Shown here piece by piece: positions 61,346-64,000 of a DNA stretch of 64,000 nucleotides (the first letter of the stretch is position 1; the number at the start of each line of letters is the position of its first letter). Source of the stretch: Sphagnum compactum. Its lineage: Eukaryota. Where the stretch lies: the NCBI GenBank assembly GCA_965153455.1, contig OZ234494.1, positions 7,998,001 through 8,062,000 of the forward strand, written 5' to 3'. The notes beneath the pieces are model-generated. The model saw only the letters and a list, made by a program, of their open reading frames with translations, was not told the origin of the DNA and searched no databases. The translations under genes and the position numbers were made by a program.

Positions 61346-62224
61346 GTTCAAAAAAAAGAAAACTCATAGCATGGTGACAATACTTGTTGCATCGGCTTCT
61401 TTTCTTTGTTTTGGAATAATGTTTTGTAGTGCTCATCAAAATCAGAATGAAAAAATTCCCCAAAAACAGAAACAATCGTCACAATATTATTTATTGACTT
61501 TCATTTAATTTGGATAAAATTTCTGCATTAGAACAAACATGAAAATTAGTTTTACTAATTCTGAGCAGTCATTATAAACAGGAACAAACCCAACATTTGT
61601 TAAGGCGGTTCTCAAAAAACCAAAGATCCAGTTCTGGTATCAGGTTATTTGATAGGGTTAAAGAGAACAAATGTCAGAACCCTAAACCTTAAATAACCAC
61701 CAGTTCTTTACTGGTTCTTTCATAAAAACCATCACAGGCACTTTGAGGTTTTTGATTGAAATAACTAAATGGATCAGGGTTCATAGTAAGACCCAGTGGC
61801 ATTTGCCTTTCTCCATAGAAGATTTGGACCTAATGTGTTCAATACAAACTAAGCAACAAATGGATTCAATAGTTGCCCAAAACACCCAAATCAAAACCTG
61901 ACAGTAAACTTAGCATAAACCAGAGTTAACTTCTGTGTTGAGGATCTTCAGGTTGCCATCTATTGTTGAAATTTGCCAACATTTAGAGAGTTAGTATTCA
62001 CTGAACTCATGTCCAAAGCAGGTCTCAACCCTTGTTTTGACAATTGAGAAAACAAATTATCAACCTGGCAACAATCAAATGCCATGTTGCAGGCTTTGCC
62101 TTGGACAGGAGAAAAGCCTCATCCATCAAACATGTCCTACCTGCTTCATTGGCTACTACACTATGCTCAATTTGCTCTAGGAATCACTGGTGAAGCTCTG
62201 CATGGAAGGAGACTGCACAAAAGT

Positions 62225-64000
62225 TCAAAGCAAGGGTACCCATAGCTGAGATTCCCCTGGAAATTGTAAAGGCCATGGAAATATGCAGGGATGAGACTCA
62301 CCAGTGTGACCATTCACACCACCTGAAAGGCTGCCAAGGTGGCCTTGTGAATGAATTGATGAAGACCATATGGAGCAACCACAAGCACAGCTGGGAAGAT
62401 GGAACATGTGAACGCAACCATGACACCAAAGGCGCAGTACTCCATGATGGTGGTAAATGGCAGCAGCCATGATAGCAAGAAACAGCAACAATAATAGTAA
62501 CCCCAACTGAAAGCTCCACAGGAATCTTTAAGCCTTAAAAGCACATTCTGAGGAGAGATTTATTGAATTGGCAGGAGCAGACCAGCTTCCCACAAGGCAG
62601 CACCAAGTGTCCATGCAAAATCCCCTGATCCAACAGTAATCTGGTCATCCTGAAGATGCAGACCATGCCGCAGCAATGATACTACATATGGGGCACGAAA
62701 ACAATATCGGTCCACACTGGGTTGTCACACAACACTTGCTTGTGCATCCTTCCAATTAAGCCCACAGAATTTATGACCCTTCTCCAGGAGTTTGTCAAGT
62801 GTAGAGGATGCTGTAAGTCCAAAAAAATTGTAGAGAACAAAAATTCCAGCTAGCCCATAGAACCTACCATGAGCTGGTGGGTGGTGTTTGCCAAGTGCAC
62901 ATGGGGCCATACTGCATGGAGTAGCTTGAGATGTGTTGACAACACTCTCAGCCAGCAATTGACAAGCCTTCCAATTTGGAGCTCCCTTCAACTCCACTTG
63001 TGCACAAGTCCATCCTATGCTTGTAGGGCTTTGACCTCCATTTGAGACAGGTGGCAGCATGCAATGAGTAGAGCACACATATGGCTTCCTATTAGCCTTT
63101 TTACAGACATGGATGGTCCACTTCCACAAGCCCTTTCTTGGACACCACAATTCCATTGGTGGCAGCAACCCTGGGGTGAAGCAGCTGTGCTACAGACTTT
63201 TCAAAAGCATCATTGAGACCAAAGCCAGCATGTGAATGTGCATATAGATGGTGCTTTGTGGACCTAGAACTGACATTCACACCAAAGTGCTTGGGCACTG
63301 CATCCGGTTCAAATGTCACCTGAAAGGATGAGCCTCCTAGATCCAGGGTACCGAAATTTGACAGCTTGGGCACATGTCCTAATTTGCCAAAATTGTAGTT
63401 CAAAGCTATCCAGCCGTAGTACACTTCCTCAACCCCACTGATTACCTTCACCTGTCTGTGATCGCACTTGAAGGAAGACTTCTCCAGTTCAGACCATGCA
63501 TTGTCAAGAATCCACTCACTATGCGCAGGTGGCAACCTCCTAAGTCCTGCAGTGGCCAAAAGGAAGAGTTGTGTGGCGGCATGAGCATATGGAGGAATCT
63601 GTTTCTCTGCACATTTCAGCAGGGGCACCAGGGCATTTGTAAGTGCAGTCCCATTGTGCAGCATTTTGTCAAGGCCAGGCTCTGTTTCCACCTGCTTATA
63701 AACATGCTGTTGTCCCTTGACTATGTACCAGGATGCCCAATTAGTATGACTGTAAGTTGGCCTCACCATGACAGGAAGAGGATCCCTGTGTGAGTGAGCC
63801 CAAGCATATACATCTACACCATCAATTATAACTGCAAATTGCAGTACCTCCTTCTGCCAACACATCCTGCCTAAAAGGAAACCTAAAAACAGCAGCAGTG
63901 CTGCTATTGCAAGGAACCCAAAAGCTCTTCCCCATTTGGACCACCAGTGTTGCCAGGATGAATAGTAGTTTCCAGGCAACAAGCTGCTTCCCCCACTGCC
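62225..64000 (-). pseudogene. GDA1/CD39 apyrase (APY7-like) pseudogene, 5' end outside the window
   Basis: ACR2 LATAGLR, ACR3 ISGVEEVYYGW, ACR4 DLGGSS and ACR5 WTLGAAL, with TM segments at both ends. ACR1 (DxGSTGTR) is collapsed to IIDGVDVY. Stop at 63101 with an adjacent frameshift, another stop at 62725 and further lesions downstream. Confidence 0.85.

Overview
AT-rich, repeat-dense eukaryotic nuclear DNA with spliceosomal introns. It is most likely from a seed-free land plant (bryophyte, Sphagnum-like); this is inferred from a sperm-tail SHIPPO-repeat gene beside class III plant peroxidases and plant-type transposons. Host genes: an ODF3/SHIPPO-repeat ORF (1684-2370 +), two paralogous 3-exon class III peroxidases (26113-27724 -, 43655-46172 -) and a disabled APY7-like apyrase at the right edge. 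Mobile DNA: (i) a ~13.8 kb unit (10628-24398) bounded by multi-kb inverted arms, with internal tandem arrays and one intact CpG-rich orphan ORF but no recognisable transposase; (ii) two different Ty3/gypsy elements fused tail-to-tail near 53934, each keeping only its 5' LTR and PBS. One is a chromovirus; the other has an extra ORF upstream of gag and three zinc knuckles; (iii) relics of hAT, CACTA and RLE-type non-LTR elements, a Harbinger-like MITE, and a possible Penelope-like relic (decayed GIY-YIG plus hammerhead-like motif). All calls were read by eye with no database search, so element boundaries are approximate.
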